64,000 nt of DNA from the human T2T-CHM13v2.0 reference genome, Homo sapiens: the NCBI RefSeq assembly GCF_009914755.1, contig NC_060926.1; one strand, given 5' to 3'. Below the pieces are notes generated by a model. That model was not told the DNA's origin and ran no database searches. It saw nothing but the letters and a program-made list of their open reading frames with translations. The translations under genes and the position numbers were made by a program. Position 1 is the stretch's first letter. Every line of letters begins with the position of its first letter. Below, one piece after another: positions 41,440 to 55,386 of the stretch.

Positions 41440-44400
41440 GCAACCCCAAAAACAAGGTATTCAGGCAATAAGCAGCACAGTGAATAGAATGGTACCTCAC
41501 ATCTCAATAGTAACATTGAATGTAAATAGCCTAAATCCTCCCCTTAAAAGATATGAAATGGCAGAATGGATAAGAATTCACCAACCAAGTATTTGCTGCC
41601 TTCAAGAAACTCACCTAACATATAAGGACTCACATACAATTAAGGTAAAGTGGTGGAAAAAGACATTTCATGCAAATGGACATCAAGAGCAAGCAGGAGT
41701 AGCTATTCTTAAATGAGACAAAACAAACTTTAAAGCAACAGTAGTTAAAAAAGACAAAAGAGGACATTATACAATGATAAAAGGCCTTGTCCAAAGTACC
41801 TCAATCCTAAATATATAAACACCTAACACTGGACCTCCCAATTTTATAAAACAATTATTACTAGATCTAAGAAATGAAATGAGATAGACAGCAAAACAAT
41901 AATAGTGGGGGACTCCAATACTCCACTGACAGCACTAGACAGGTCATCAAGACAGAAAGTCAACAGAGAAACAATGAATTTAAACTCTACCCTAAAACAA
42001 ATGGACTTAACAGATATTAACAAAACATTCTACTCAACAACTGCAGAATATACATTGTGTTCATCAGTGCATGAAACTTTCTCCAAGGTAGACCATAGGG
42101 TATAGGGTAGGCCATGAAACAAGTCTCAATACATTTAAGAAAATTGAAATTATATCAAGTACTCTCTCCAATCACAGTAGAATAAAGTTGGAAATCAACT
42201 CCACAAGGAACCTTTAAAACCATGCAAATACATGGAAATTAAATAACCCAATCCTGAAGAATCACTGGGTTAACAATGGAATCAAGATGGAAATAGAAAA
42301 ATTCTTTGAACTGAACAATAACAGTGATACAATCTATTAAAACCTCTGGGATACAGCAAAGGCCATGATAAGAGGAAAGTTCATAGCCTTAAATGCCTAC
42401 ATCAAAAAGTCTGAAAGAGCACAAATAGACAACCTTAGGTCACACTTCAAGGAATTAGAGAAACAAGAACAAACAAAACCCAAGCCCAGTAGAAGAAAAG
42501 AAAGAACCAAGATCAGAGCAGAATGAAATGACATTGAAACAACAACAAAAACAAAAGATAAATGAAACAGAAAGCTGGTTCTTTGAAAAGATAAACTGAT
42601 AGACCATTAGCAAGATTAACCAAGAACAGAAGAGAGAAGATCCAGATAAGCTAAATTAGAGATTAAACAGGAGATATTACAACCCAACATCACAGAAATA
42701 CAAAAGATCATTCAAGGCTACTATGATCTCCTTTAAACATAATCTAGAAAACCTAGAGAAGATGGATATATTCCTGAAAATATACAACCCTCCAGCTTAA
42801 ACCAGGGAGAACAGACCAATAACAAGCAGTGAGATTAAAATGGTAATAACAAAATTGCCAACAAAAAAATGTTCAGGACCAGATGAATTCACAGCTGAAT
42901 TCTATCAGACGTTCAAAAGAGAATTGGTACGAATCCCATTGACATTATTTCAGAAGATAAAGAGGGAATCCTCCCTAAATCATTCTATGAAGCCAGCATC
43001 ACCCTAAAACCAAAACCAGAAAAGCACATAACAAAACACACTACAGACCAATATCCCTGATGAATATAGATGCAAAAATCCCTAAGAAAATACTAGCTAA
43101 CTGAATCCAACAGCATATCAAAAAGATAATCCACCATGATCAAGTGGGTTTCATACCAAGGATACAGGGATGGTTTCGCATGCACAAGTCAATACATGTG
43201 ATAGTTCACATAAACAGAATTAAAAACAAAATTCATATGACCATCTCAATTGATGCACAAAAAGCATTTGACAGAATCTAGAATCCTTTATGATTAAAAT
43301 CTCAGCAAAATCAACATAGAAGAGACACACCTTAATGTAATAAAATCCATCTATGACAAACCCATAGCCAATATAATACTGAATGAGGAAAAATTGAAAG
43401 CATTCTCTCTGAGAACTAGAATAAGAAAAGGATGCCCACTCTCAGCATTTCTATTCAACATAGTACTGGAAGTCCTAACCAGAATAATCAGACAAGAGAA
43501 TGACATAAACCATCCAAATCAGTAAAGAGGAAGTCAAAGTGATGCTGTTTGCTGATGATATGATTGTTATACCTAGAAAACCCTAAAGACACCTCCAAAT
43601 AGCTCCTAGAACTGATAAATGAATTCAGCAAAGTTTCAGGATACAAAATTAATGCACACAAATCAGTAACTCTGCTAGAAACCTAAAGCAACCAAGCTGA
43701 GAAGTAAAAATCTCAACCCATTTTACAATAACTGCCAAAAAATAAATACTTAGGAATATACCTAACCAAGGACGTGAAAGACCCATACAAGAAAAGCTAC
43801 AAAACACTACTGAAATAAATTGTAGATGATACAAACAAATGGAAACACATCCCATGTTCATGGGATCAATGTAGTGAAAATGACCATACTGCCAAAAGCA
43901 ATCTACAAATTCATTGCAATTCCCAGCAAAATACCACCATTATTCTTCACAGAACTGGAAAAGGCAATCCTAAAATTCATATGGAACTAAAAAAGATCCT
44001 GCATAGGGAAAGCAAGACTTAAGCAAAAGGAACAAATCTGGAGGCATCACATTACCTGACTTCAAACTATACTGTAAGTCCATAGTCACAAAAACATCTT
44101 GGTACTGGTATCAAAATAGGCACATAGACAAATGGAACAGAATAGAGAACACATAAATAAAGCCAAATACTTACAGCCACTTGATCTTTTACAAAGCAAA
44201 CAAAAACATAAGTGGTGAAAGGACACCCTATTCAGCAAATTATGCTGGGATAGTTGACAAGTCATATGTAGAAGGATGAAACTGAATCCTCATTTCTCAC
44301 CTTATACAAAAATCAACTCAAGATGAATCAAAGACTTAAATATAAGACCTGAAACCACAAAAATTCTAGAAGGTAACATCAGAAAAACCCTTGTAGACAT

Positions 44401-46511
44401 TGGCTTAGGCAAAGACTTCATGACTAAGAACCCAAAAGCAAATGCAACAAAAACAATGATAAATAGGTGGGACTTAATTTAACTAAAAAGTTCATGCACA
44501 GCAAAAGAAACAATCAGCAGAGTAAACAGAAAAACCATAGAGCAGGAGAACATCTTCACAATCTACATTTGACAAAGACTAATATCCACAATCTGCAAGG
44601 AACTTACACAAATTAGTGAGAATAAAACAATGCCATCAAAATATGGGCTAAGGACATTACTAGACAATTCTTAAAAGAAGATATCCAAATGGCCAACAAA
44701 CATATGAAAGAATGCTCAACATCACTAATGATCAGAGAAATGCAAATCAAAACCACAATGCGATACCACCTTACTTCTGCAAGAATGGCCATGATAAAAA
44801 AAAATTAAAAAAAGATGTTGGTGGGCATGCATGAAAAGGGAACACTTTTACATTGCTGGTGGGGATGTAAACTAGTACAACCACTATGGAAAACAGTGTA
44901 GAGATTCCTTAAAGAACTAAAAGTAGAACTACCATTTGATCCAGCAATCCCATTACTGGGAATTTACCATGAGGAAAAGAAGTTGTTATATGAAAAAGAC
45001 ACTTGCACATGCATGTTTATAGCAGCACAATTCGCAATTGCAAAAATATGGAACCACTCAAAATTCCCAGCAATCAATGAGTAGATAAAGAAATTTTGGA
45101 ATATATACACAATAGAATACCATTTGGCAATAAAAAGGAACAAAATAAAGGCATTTGCAGCAATCTGGATGGAATTGGAGACCATTATTATGAGTAAATT
45201 GACTCAGGAATGGAAAACCAAATGTTTTATGTTCTCACTCATAAGTGGGAACTACGTTATGAGGATGCAAATGGATAAAAATGATACAATGGACTTTTGG
45301 GCCTTGGGTGTATAGTTGGAGGGAGGTGAGGGATAAAAGACTACAAATTGGGTAAAGTATACACTGCTCAGGTGATTGCTGTACCAAAATCTCAGAAATC
45401 ACCACTAAAGAACTTACTCATGTAACCAAAAACCACCTGTTCCCCAGAAACCTATGGAAATATAAAGATATCTATATAGATTTTAGATGGACACATTTGT
45501 CTATCTGTCTTTTAAATAACCTAATAGTTTTGACTGATTTTATTTTTTTCTACAGGATTGAACAATTTAGGGAAAATGGTTGATTGGCTGTTGGTTGACA
45601 GTCACCTAGTTTCAGGAATCAAATATAAGGGATGAAGTAGAAAATTTGCAAATTTCATCCAACCATTCCATATAGCTGCACCTGAAAAGGTAGAAATATC
45701 CAAACTGTAATTATTGAGTCAGTTTTAGTTGAACATTATTCAGTGTACATGTATCCATATACTGTTCATGAGACATACATGTGCTTTTCCTCAATGCCCA
45801 GCCCCCTGAAGTTGTGAGTCTATGTGACCAGGTCTTGCCAATTACCTCTGGGAGGCAGTGGCAAGTATCACATCTAAGACAAAATATAGAAGATAGGTGT
45901 AACTTCTCCAGGCACTCTGCTCTCTTGTCCTTGTCATCATGGAAAACCCAAACCAAGATGGCCCTGTCGCAAAATGGAGTGTGCCATACATTTTTATGTA
46001 TTAAGTTTCTGAGATTTAAAGGTCAGTTTCTTAATTCAGCATAACCTAATACACCCTGATTGATACAAATATATACTAAATTTTGAATTTAAAAAATTCA
46101 AGTTTTAATCTCAATACCCTCATCAGCTTTCCAATCTTGATCGTGTCAGGTAACAGATTAATGACTCCTCCATAAATTTAGTGATCACCAAATATCCATA
46201 TTCTTTCCTGTGCTTCTCACTTTTAATTATACTTAGATTGGAATCATATAATCAATTCTGGTTAATGCACTAACAACAATAATGATCTGCATTCCTTACT
46301 GTAAGAGGCAGAGAAGTAGTATTCCTCCACATCTCTCTTCCTGTGTCATGAGGATGAGGAGGCCAAGTATCCAAAGCAGCTTAAGCTGTAAGATAGAGGA
46401 TCACAGCCTTGAATGATTCAGTAAGAATGCTTTATTAGTTTAAGCCACTAAGATTTTTTTTAACCTCAGCATTTTAACTAGATATCCTTTAAAAAAATCA
46501 TGCTTTAATTC

Positions 46512-47833
46512 TTTTTATTATTATTATTATTATATTTTAAGTTTTAGGGTACATGTGCACAACGTGCAGGTTTGTTACATATATATACATGTGCCATGTT
46601 GGTGTGCTGCACCCATTAACTCGTCATTTAACATTAGGTATATCTCCTAATGCTATCCCTCTCCCAACCCCCACCCCACAACAGGCCCCAGTGTGTGATG
46701 TTCCGCTTCCTGTGTCCATGTGTTCTCATTGTTCAATGAGAGAGAACATGTGGTGTTTGGTTTTTTGTCCTTGTGATAGTTTGCTGAGAATGATGGTTTC
46801 CAGCTTCATCCATGTCCCTACAAAGGATGTGAACTCATCATTTTTTATGGCTGCATAGTATTCCATGGTGTATATGTGCCACGTTTTCTTAATCCAGTCT
46901 ATCATTGTTGGACATTTGGGTTGGTTCCAAGTCTTTCCTATGGTGAATAGTGCCACAATAAACATACATGTGCATGTGTCTTTATAGCAGCATGATTTAG
47001 AATCCTTTGGGTATATACCCAGTAATGGGATGGCTGGGTCAAATGGTATTTCTAGTTCTAGATCCCTGCGGGATTGCCACACTGACTTCCACAATAGTTG
47101 AACTAGTTTACAGTCCCACCAACAGTGTAAAAGTGTTTCTATTTCTCCACATCCTCTCCAGCACCTGTTGTTTCCTGACTTTTTAGTGATTGCCATTCTA
47201 ACTGGTGTGAGATGGTATCTCGTTGTGGTTTTGATTTGCATTTATCTGATGGCCAGTGATGATAAGCATTTTTTTCACGTGTTTTTTGGCTGCATAAATG
47301 TCTTCTTTTGAGAAGTGTCCGTTCATATCGTTCACCCACTTGTTGATGGGGTTGTTTTTTTCTTGTAAATTTGTTTGAGTTCTTTGTAGATTCTGGATAT
47401 TAGCCCTTCATCAGATGAGTAGATTGCAAAAATATTCTCCCATTCTGTAAGTTGCCTGTTCACTCTGATGGTAGTTTCTTTTGCTGTGCAGAAGCTCTTT
47501 AGTTTAATGAGATCCCATTTGTCAATTTTGGCTTTTGCTGCCATTGCTTTTGGTGTTTTTGTCATGAAGTCCTTGCCCATGCCTATGTCCTGAATGGTAT
47601 TGCCTAGGTTTTCTTCTAGGGTTTTTATGGTTTTAGGTCTAACATTTAAATCTTTAATCCGTCTTGAATTAATTTTAGTATAAGGTGTAAGCAAGGGATC
47701 CAGTTTCAGCTTTCTACATATGGCTAGCCAGTTTTCCCAGCACCATTTATTAAATAGGGAATCCTTTCCCTATTTCTTGTTTTTGTCAGGTTTGTCAAAG
47801 ATCAGATAGTTGTAGATATGTGGCATTATTTCT
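46512..47833 (-). mobile_element. L1PA3/4-like LINE-1, 5'-truncated, about 1.3 kb
   Basis: (TTA)n tail and 3'UTR gggtacatgtgcacaacgtgcagg; near-intact ORF2 C-terminal peptides ([17 protein letters not shown]...[18 protein letters not shown]; [10 protein letters not shown]...). Confidence 0.95.
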
Positions 47834-47837
47834 AAAA

Positions 47838-48100
47838 CAGTGGTACTCAAAAGTGTAGTCTACAGACATGTGCTGAACTATACCCTATGTGTTACCAGTT
47901 AGCAAGTGGTAGCAAATTAAGATTTTAGAAACTTGTTAAAGCAACTCAGTATTTCCATAATATCTATATATGTGATATTTCCAATAGTTTATTGTTTATC
48001 CTATTTCACATGTTTACCATTATCTTATTCTACTACATTGTTCCTTGACAGATTTGAGGGAGAAAAAAGAGAAACTGGCCTTTATGACATATCAAGCACA
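47838..48100 (+). mobile_element. MER5C-like hAT-Charlie fragment
   Basis: cagtggtactcaaaagtgtagtctacagac...tgttaccagt...ttttagaaacttgttaaagcaa. Confidence 0.5.
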
Positions 48101-48204
48101 TAAACATGTTGAATGAATGGGCTGTGTCTGTTTTCTTCACTTAGACATATGTAGTTTGGCATGATGTTAAAATGAGGTTTATCATTTTTGGTAAATATGC
48201 ATAC

Positions 48205-48640
48205 TCCTTTTAAATAATGTAAATATACTGAAAACTACAGAGAGTAAGTAGATCAAGTCACTAAAATTTTTTATCATTAACATTTTGGTGAGTTCTAGAT
48301 ATCTACATATGAGTTAGACTTTTGTATTAGCTGGATCATAACAAATTATGCAATGTGCTTTTTCAGTCAGATATATTTCATGGAAAAATTTATAGGCCAA
48401 TAACTTCACTTGTGCTCATTATTAATGGACCTCTAGGTATTTCATTGTATATACGTACCATAGTTTACTCATCCTGCCTTCATTGATATATTTTTATTTT
48501 AAATCATTTTGCATCACAATGAATTTTCCATACTTGCAGATATATGTTTTCACATGTGTATGATGTTTCTTAAATTGTAAAACATGAAATCCCTGGAGCA
48601 ATGAGTATGCCTAACGTCTGAGAGTGACCATTTTTTCAAA
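48205..48640 (-). mobile_element. L1ME-type ancient LINE 3' fragment
   Basis: gtatttcattgtatatacgtaccatagtttact...ttttcacatgtgtatgatgtttctt...tggagcaatgagtatg. Confidence 0.55.
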
Positions 48641-49239
48641 CTAAGACTTACAGAAACTGTAAGGAACATTTTTTTTCATCAGAGATCTACCTCCTTTTTG
48701 CACCCATAAGTGATACACTTCTTAGTGCCCACATATGTGTAATATCTGATGGGCAGCAATTACTATAATTACTGGGAGAAAGCCGAGGATAAACCCAGCT
48801 GGCCAGCAAGGCCTACAGAACCATTCTCTTGGATGGTTATAAGTCTATGAATTGGATAATGTCTATTTTGTATCTCTCCCATGGCCATCAGATGTAATGG
48901 GATGAGACTAAATTTTCCTTGGTGAGCCCACACTTTTATGATCCATCTGTTCAAGTAGGAGATAATGAGGCAGGTGGGATTCCTCATGCTACAACAGGGC
49001 CTAGGTAGAAGCAAATGGAAACAATGATTTTAATCATCTTTGCAGAGCTATAATTCATATTTTCTAATTTATATTAAGACTGCATTTACACTGCTATGAA
49101 AGCTATAACTAATAAGGGGTGAATTTTAAAACAAAATCATTTTATCTTACATTTAATATATGAAACTTTCTCAATGCAACTTTACAACAGTAAGCTTTTA
49201 CACAGACTAGTTCATTGTGAAAGCAAGTTGTACATTAGA

Positions 49240-49447
49240 ATCATAATGATACAATGGACTTTGGAGACTCGGGGGAAAGGATGGGAGGGGGTGAGAGAAA
49301 AGACTACACATTGTGTACAGTATACACTGCTTGGGTGAGGGGTGCAGCAAAATCTCAGAAATCACCACTAAATAACTTATTCATGTAGCCAAACACCACC
49401 TGTTCCCCCAAAACCTATTGAAACAAAAAATAAATTTTAAAAAATAA
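49240..49447 (+). mobile_element. L1PB 3'-terminal fragment
   Basis: aatgatacaatggactttggagactc...aaaatctcagaaatcaccactaaataacttattcatg...aaacctattgaaacaaaaaa; same family as 45280-45466. Confidence 0.88.
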
Positions 49448-49748
49448 GGTATTACTGCTATCCTCTTTAAATGCAAGAGGTTGTAAACTGTCTTTTCTTA
49501 GGTTCCATAGCATGTAAGGCGGTACTGCAGGTTCTTTCCTTCAAATTTCAGGGGGCTCTTTGCTACTACTTCCATTCTATCAATCCCATTGCTTCCAGTG
49601 GTATCTGGAGTAAAAAAGAAAAAGCCTTGACAGGAAACACCAGGGAGAGGGACTTCATTCCATGGGAAGGCAGCATTTAATGGCTCAATAAGTCACTGTA
49701 TGTAAGTCTTGTAGCTTACATGTGTATGTTAAGTAAAGGCAAGGTCAT

Positions 49749-50596
49749 TGATACAGGAGTGCTGGGAAGGGAAGAGCGTGGTCCCTTTAAATGATACAGA
49801 AGAGGGGAAGGGAAGTTCTGGGTAGAGGAGGGCATGGTCCCTGGCTAGGGCTCTACCCCCATGGACCTAGGTAAGGAGAGGCACTTCTGCCTTTGAGCCC
49901 AAATGTTGCATTTTCCAAGACCACCCTGTCCTGCCATGTCCTCATCCTGGGCCTATAAAAACCCAAGACCCTAGCAAGGCAGAGACAGAAGCTACTAGAT
50001 GGTTAGAGGATCACATCAGTGGAAGAAGACAGCGGCTGGACATCAAGAGAATGTGGAGGGGAGCTTGCCTACAGAACAGCACACAGACAGACACCGGCAT
50101 GCCAGCAGGCCATTGACTGGTGGGAGGAGGTGGAGTTTGGCCAGAGCAGTCTGAGGAGAGCTGGGGCTGCCTAAAGTCCCAACGCCAGGGAAAAGCCATC
50201 TCCCTCCTGGCTCCCCCATCAGCTGAGAGCTACTTCCACTCAATAAAACTTTGCACTCATTCTCCAAGCCTATGTGTGATCCAATTTTTCTGGTACACCC
50301 AAGGCAAGAACCCGGGATACAGAAAGCCCTCTGTCCTTGCGACAAGGTAGAGGGTCTAACTGAGCTGGTTAATACAAGCTGCCTATAGACAACAAACTAA
50401 AAGAGCACCGTGTAACACATGGCCACTGGGGCTTCAGCTGTAAATATTCACTCCTATACACTGCAGTGGGCTTGGAGCCCCACAGCCTGCCCATCTATAT
50501 GCTCCCATAGAGGTTTGAGCAGCAGGGAACTGAAGAAGCCAGCCACACCCCCATCACATGACCTGTGAGGGGGACAAGGGAACTTTGCCCATTTCA
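49749..50596 (+). mobile_element. LTR1-family (ERV1, HUERS-P2-type) solo LTR
   Basis: TG...CA termini; begins tgatacaggagtgctgggaagggaagagcgtggtccc. TATAAAA at 49954, AATAAA at 50242-50247, 4-bp TSD tcat/ttat. Confidence 0.88.
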
Positions 50597-53019
50597 TTAT
50601 CCCTTTGGCAGAAATAGAAATACTTAGATATGGACTTTACATTGAGCTTAGTGTAAAACAGGTATGACTAAATCTTCAGGATTGGTAATATCTGAAATAC
50701 TGTTTTCCAAAGCATCAGAGAGAGGAAAAGTCCCATTCTGCAGCTGTGAAGATGGTGATGGGAGGATTATTTTTGAAGGAAGGAGGTTCCCAGCGGTTAT
50801 AACTGGAACGATTAAAGGCTCTTATCTGGAGACTGGAATCCTACTGTGGGACTCCCAATTAAGGAAACATTAATCAGAGATGAATTTGGTTGATTTTAAT
50901 GGGTGAAAACAATGGGCAGCATGGAAACAAAACGACAAACAGGATCTAGCTACAAAATGGTTATTTTGAACATGGATTACCCAAGAAAGAGAAAGCAAAG
51001 CACTCTTTTCCAATCATTTAATTATTGTTTAAGCCGTGTGTGCGTGTGTGGTTGTACATGTGGCCACGTGTGCATGAGACAGAGTGTTCTATACCTTTAC
51101 CATTGGGGATAGGGCTTGGGTGGAGGCTAAAAGCCTTTAGAGACTGGACAAGTTTTTATGAAGGACAGAAGTCAGTTTTTCATTGGGATTTTTGTGTTTC
51201 AGATAACTCTGATAAATGTATCATTATACCAGTTGGAAAAGGCTAAGGAATAATATTTAACCACAATAGAAATTTTAGGGCACCACTACCTGCCAATTCT
51301 TAATAGATGCAAGTATGTTTGTGTAGGTAGGTACAGGACAATGGAAAATGAGTACTGAATTGTGTAGCTTCGACTTGAGGAAAAATAAGTTCAACAGAAT
51401 TTCTAGGGGAGATACAAACCAATGACAGTCATTCTTAAAAATTTTCAATGTCAGGCTAAATTGCCTTTATGAGAAATTTTAGGTATACAACTGCTGGTTG
51501 ATAGGACATATAACTAGATCAAATCTACATTCTTTAAGTATGAATAGCCATGCTTCTCTCTGACTCCCTAACACATCTTCCAGACCTTGATGATGCTGTG
51601 TCCATACTTTTCATCTCCTTCATAACTGTATTAACTTTAATTTTTTTAAAACCTTCTCAGAACGGGTAGTAACAAGTTTTTAGTCTTTTCTAAGCAAAAA
51701 TCTGTCCTCTCTCTTCACCAATATAATAATCTCACTCCAGCATTATCTATTTTCGTATGTTCTTATTATAGTTTTGCAGAGTCCCTGTGAATGGCAGACA
51801 CAGGGCAAGTGTCCTTAGTAACTTCCTTGCCTTGAATAACAAAAGAAAAAAAAATCATGAATTGAATCTCTACCCTAGCATGTGGCTGAAAAATGACTAA
51901 GCTTGGACCGACTTCTGAGGTTTCTGAAAAGAATTCCGGCTGGAATTCTGATGAAGTCAGACTAAGTATTAAAACCAGAGCATTCTTCAATTCAACTTCA
52001 GCTTTCTGTTTCCCAGGAATAGCTTTCTTGATAAAATGGTGCTGCTTTGGATTCTGCATCCAGATGGCAATGCAAAATGAGGAGAATGTGTCAAATAATC
52101 TCAGAATCTTCCAAAATGTTTGTTTTGAGTACTAAGAAATAAGTTTGTAAGGCTGAACATGTGGTAGTGGAGAAGGCACGGGCAGCTTTTCTAAATTGAT
52201 TCTCACTTGCATAAGACAAATCTGTTTGCCATGTGACTTTTAAAACCATTCAATGATTTTATGAAGCAAATATTTCTCTCACTGCAAGAGGATGGCTCAT
52301 CATGCTGTGACCCTGAACATGTAATCTCAAATTGTACGTCCCCTCCTGAATTTTGGGATTACAGACACACAGAAGCATGACATATTAAAATCAATTCTAA
52401 AAAGCTTTAAACTGAGAAAGCCCCACCTTTATCTGTTAGTTTGAATAACCCCATACCATATATCAATACCTATATATCTTGGTATGTAACCACAAGGCTT
52501 ATGTCCTAAAGTCATAAAGTTAAAAAAAATCAAATTATCAAACTCCGTAGACTCTACTAGATTAGCAAATATATTAATGCTTGTGAACTGTGCGGTAAAC
52601 AGCCAGGTTTGCTAATTGCCAAAAATTTTTTGGCCTATATCTCTGATATTAGTTATTCAGACTTGAGTGTGAATCTATCTTCACCCCATTACTTTTTTTT
52701 CCCCAAATTATAAGACTAAGTCATTGAACAGTGATAACAAGTTGTTTCTCCTTCAAAAATATAGTTGTGCAGTTAAGTCCAGCAAGCAGCAAGAATCCTC
52801 TCTTTGAATTGCAGTTACCAATATGATGCTTGCTGGAACAGGAATCTCATACTCAATGAACCCAACTAAATGCCAGAGAAACAGTGGAAGATTCAGTGGA
52901 TTTAGTTAAATAATAACAGAAATCTTTGATTAGAAAGGAAGAAGACACTCATATGCAATATATGGCTATGGGATTGGGTGACGGCGGTATGTATTTGTGT
53001 GCACACATGCATGCTAATT

Positions 53020-53400
53020 CTATTATGATATAGCAAATATTCACCTCCCTGTTGACCACAGTGGTACTTTCCTTTGTCAGTGATATTGGGTTTTGCCAGT
53101 AACCTACTTTAGCCAATGAAATGTAGAGCTTGCTTAAAATGGCTGCGCAGCTGTGTTTACTTTTCTAAGCTCCTGCATTTTGCCATAAGAACATGTTTCA
53201 AATAAAGTCTGGTCTAATTGAGAGTTACATAAAGCAGAACTTGATCTACCATGCAGCTTGGAACCTAGTACAGTAGAGGCTTAAATCAGCCATACCCCAG
53301 CTCACCCACAGACACATGAGTGAAATGATGATGATTGCATATCAAGATATTTGGGGAAGTTTTTTTATTATACAGCAGTGTGAAAATATGCTACATATGT
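53020..53400 (+). mobile_element. MLT1 (I/J/H-like) old MaLR LTR
   Basis: ctttagccaatgaaatgt...gccataagaacatg...cccagctcacccacagacacatgagtga...gatatttggggaagttttttattatacagca. Confidence 0.65.
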
Positions 53401-53439
53401 GTTTATTTTCAATATTCCTCTTCCAATAGACTTTGCTCT

Positions 53440-53690
53440 AATGGCATATAATTGTTGTGAACATGAATAATTGAGTCAAATAAACTGTGCTCAAATTCTT
53501 GCTCAGCTGCTTATTACTTACTCTCTGTGGGACTTTTGGGCAATCTAAATAAGCCTTAGAGTTCTAATTCACAAAATTCTGATAGTGATATTTACCCCAT
53601 GGCATTTTCATGAATATTAAATATGACAATATATGTCAAGTGTGAGTAAAATATCTGATATAGTTAGGACTCAAGACACAGTAATTATTA
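53440..53690 (+). mobile_element. MIR SINE
   Basis: gagtcaaataaactgtgctcaaattcttgctcagctgctta...ttgggcaa...gaatattaaatatgacaatatatgtcaagtg...ctgatatagttaggactcaa. Confidence 0.7.
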
Positions 53691-54674
53691 TTTTAATTAC
53701 ATATATTCAGTGTATAACCATACAGAGTTAAAATACAGTACATTTATTTTAATACAGCACTACATTCAATATCAAATGCTCTGAACTCTAGGTTAGTTAC
53801 CTGTCTACTGAGTAATCCATTTGTGTGCACATATGCAATGTCAACCAGCAGCTACTTCTATTACCAGAATAAGGCCCAAGAGGGATTAATCTGCATTAAG
53901 GACCACTTCGATCAAGTTTAATATATCTACAAAGCAGCAAACATGCCAGACCACTTTTACAATTATAAAATTTAGACTCTGAGTCCCTTCAAGGGAATAA
54001 TAAGTGATATCACCATATCTCAAGACTCAGTAATGCATTAGAATTATATTAGAATATTTATTTTCTTACTGGAAGAGGCAAATCAATATCAAGTATTTTT
54101 CTTTTGGTATCTTGTTAATAACTGTTGAACAGATAATTTATAACATTTTGTTTATTCTTATGGAATTTATAATTTTAAATTCCTGAAGTAGTTTAGAGAG
54201 AAAGCATACTTAGAATGCCAAATAAAGTAGAAATTCTAAAAAATCAGATTCTAAGTACCATTTTATCTTCATATTGCTAATACCTGTTCTAATATTTCAT
54301 TATTTAACTATTATAATGGAACTCCTAGTGGAAACAGAGAGGGATGATGGTTAGGTAATCATCAGCTATTAGATATATGAAATATAGCAAATGAAATTTA
54401 TGAGGATTTAGAAAATGTAGCAGGGTAGTGGTGAGTAAGGTGCAATAACAACATTCTGAATGACAGGCACTCTCATTCTTCTTCCATGTGCTTTATCCTT
54501 CAGACTACACAAGCAAAATCATACATAAATTAACTCTAAGATAACTGATTCATGTATGAAACTATATAGGCAGTTTTTAAAATAAAATTCATAAGTTTAT
54601 TTCCGTAACATAAAAATCCCATCTGTTATACCAATTCATTTATTCTAATAACTTTTTTTTAAAGCTTTTAATAG

Positions 54675-55386
<712 letters not shown>

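Larger units (their letters stand above)
36445..45466 (+). mobile_element. Full-length L1PB1-like LINE-1 (5'UTR, ORF1 split by THE1C, ORF2, 3'UTR), inactive
   Basis: L1PBa-type 5' end (agataggaggcaggactaaattgcagctccc); ORF1 remnant PRHIVIGLSK...QVTYKGKSIRLTADFSAETLQ; EN remnant ISIVTLNVNSLN...ICCLQETHL; RT tttgctgatgatatg (FADDM); L1PB1 3' end aatctcagaaatcaccactaaagaactt. Many stops and frameshifts. Confidence 0.92.

Noticed and set aside
51766-52135. Overlapping 97-aa and 80-aa ORFs in unique sequence
   Set aside because: No recognisable protein similarity or convincing flanking splice sites; lengths are within chance expectation.
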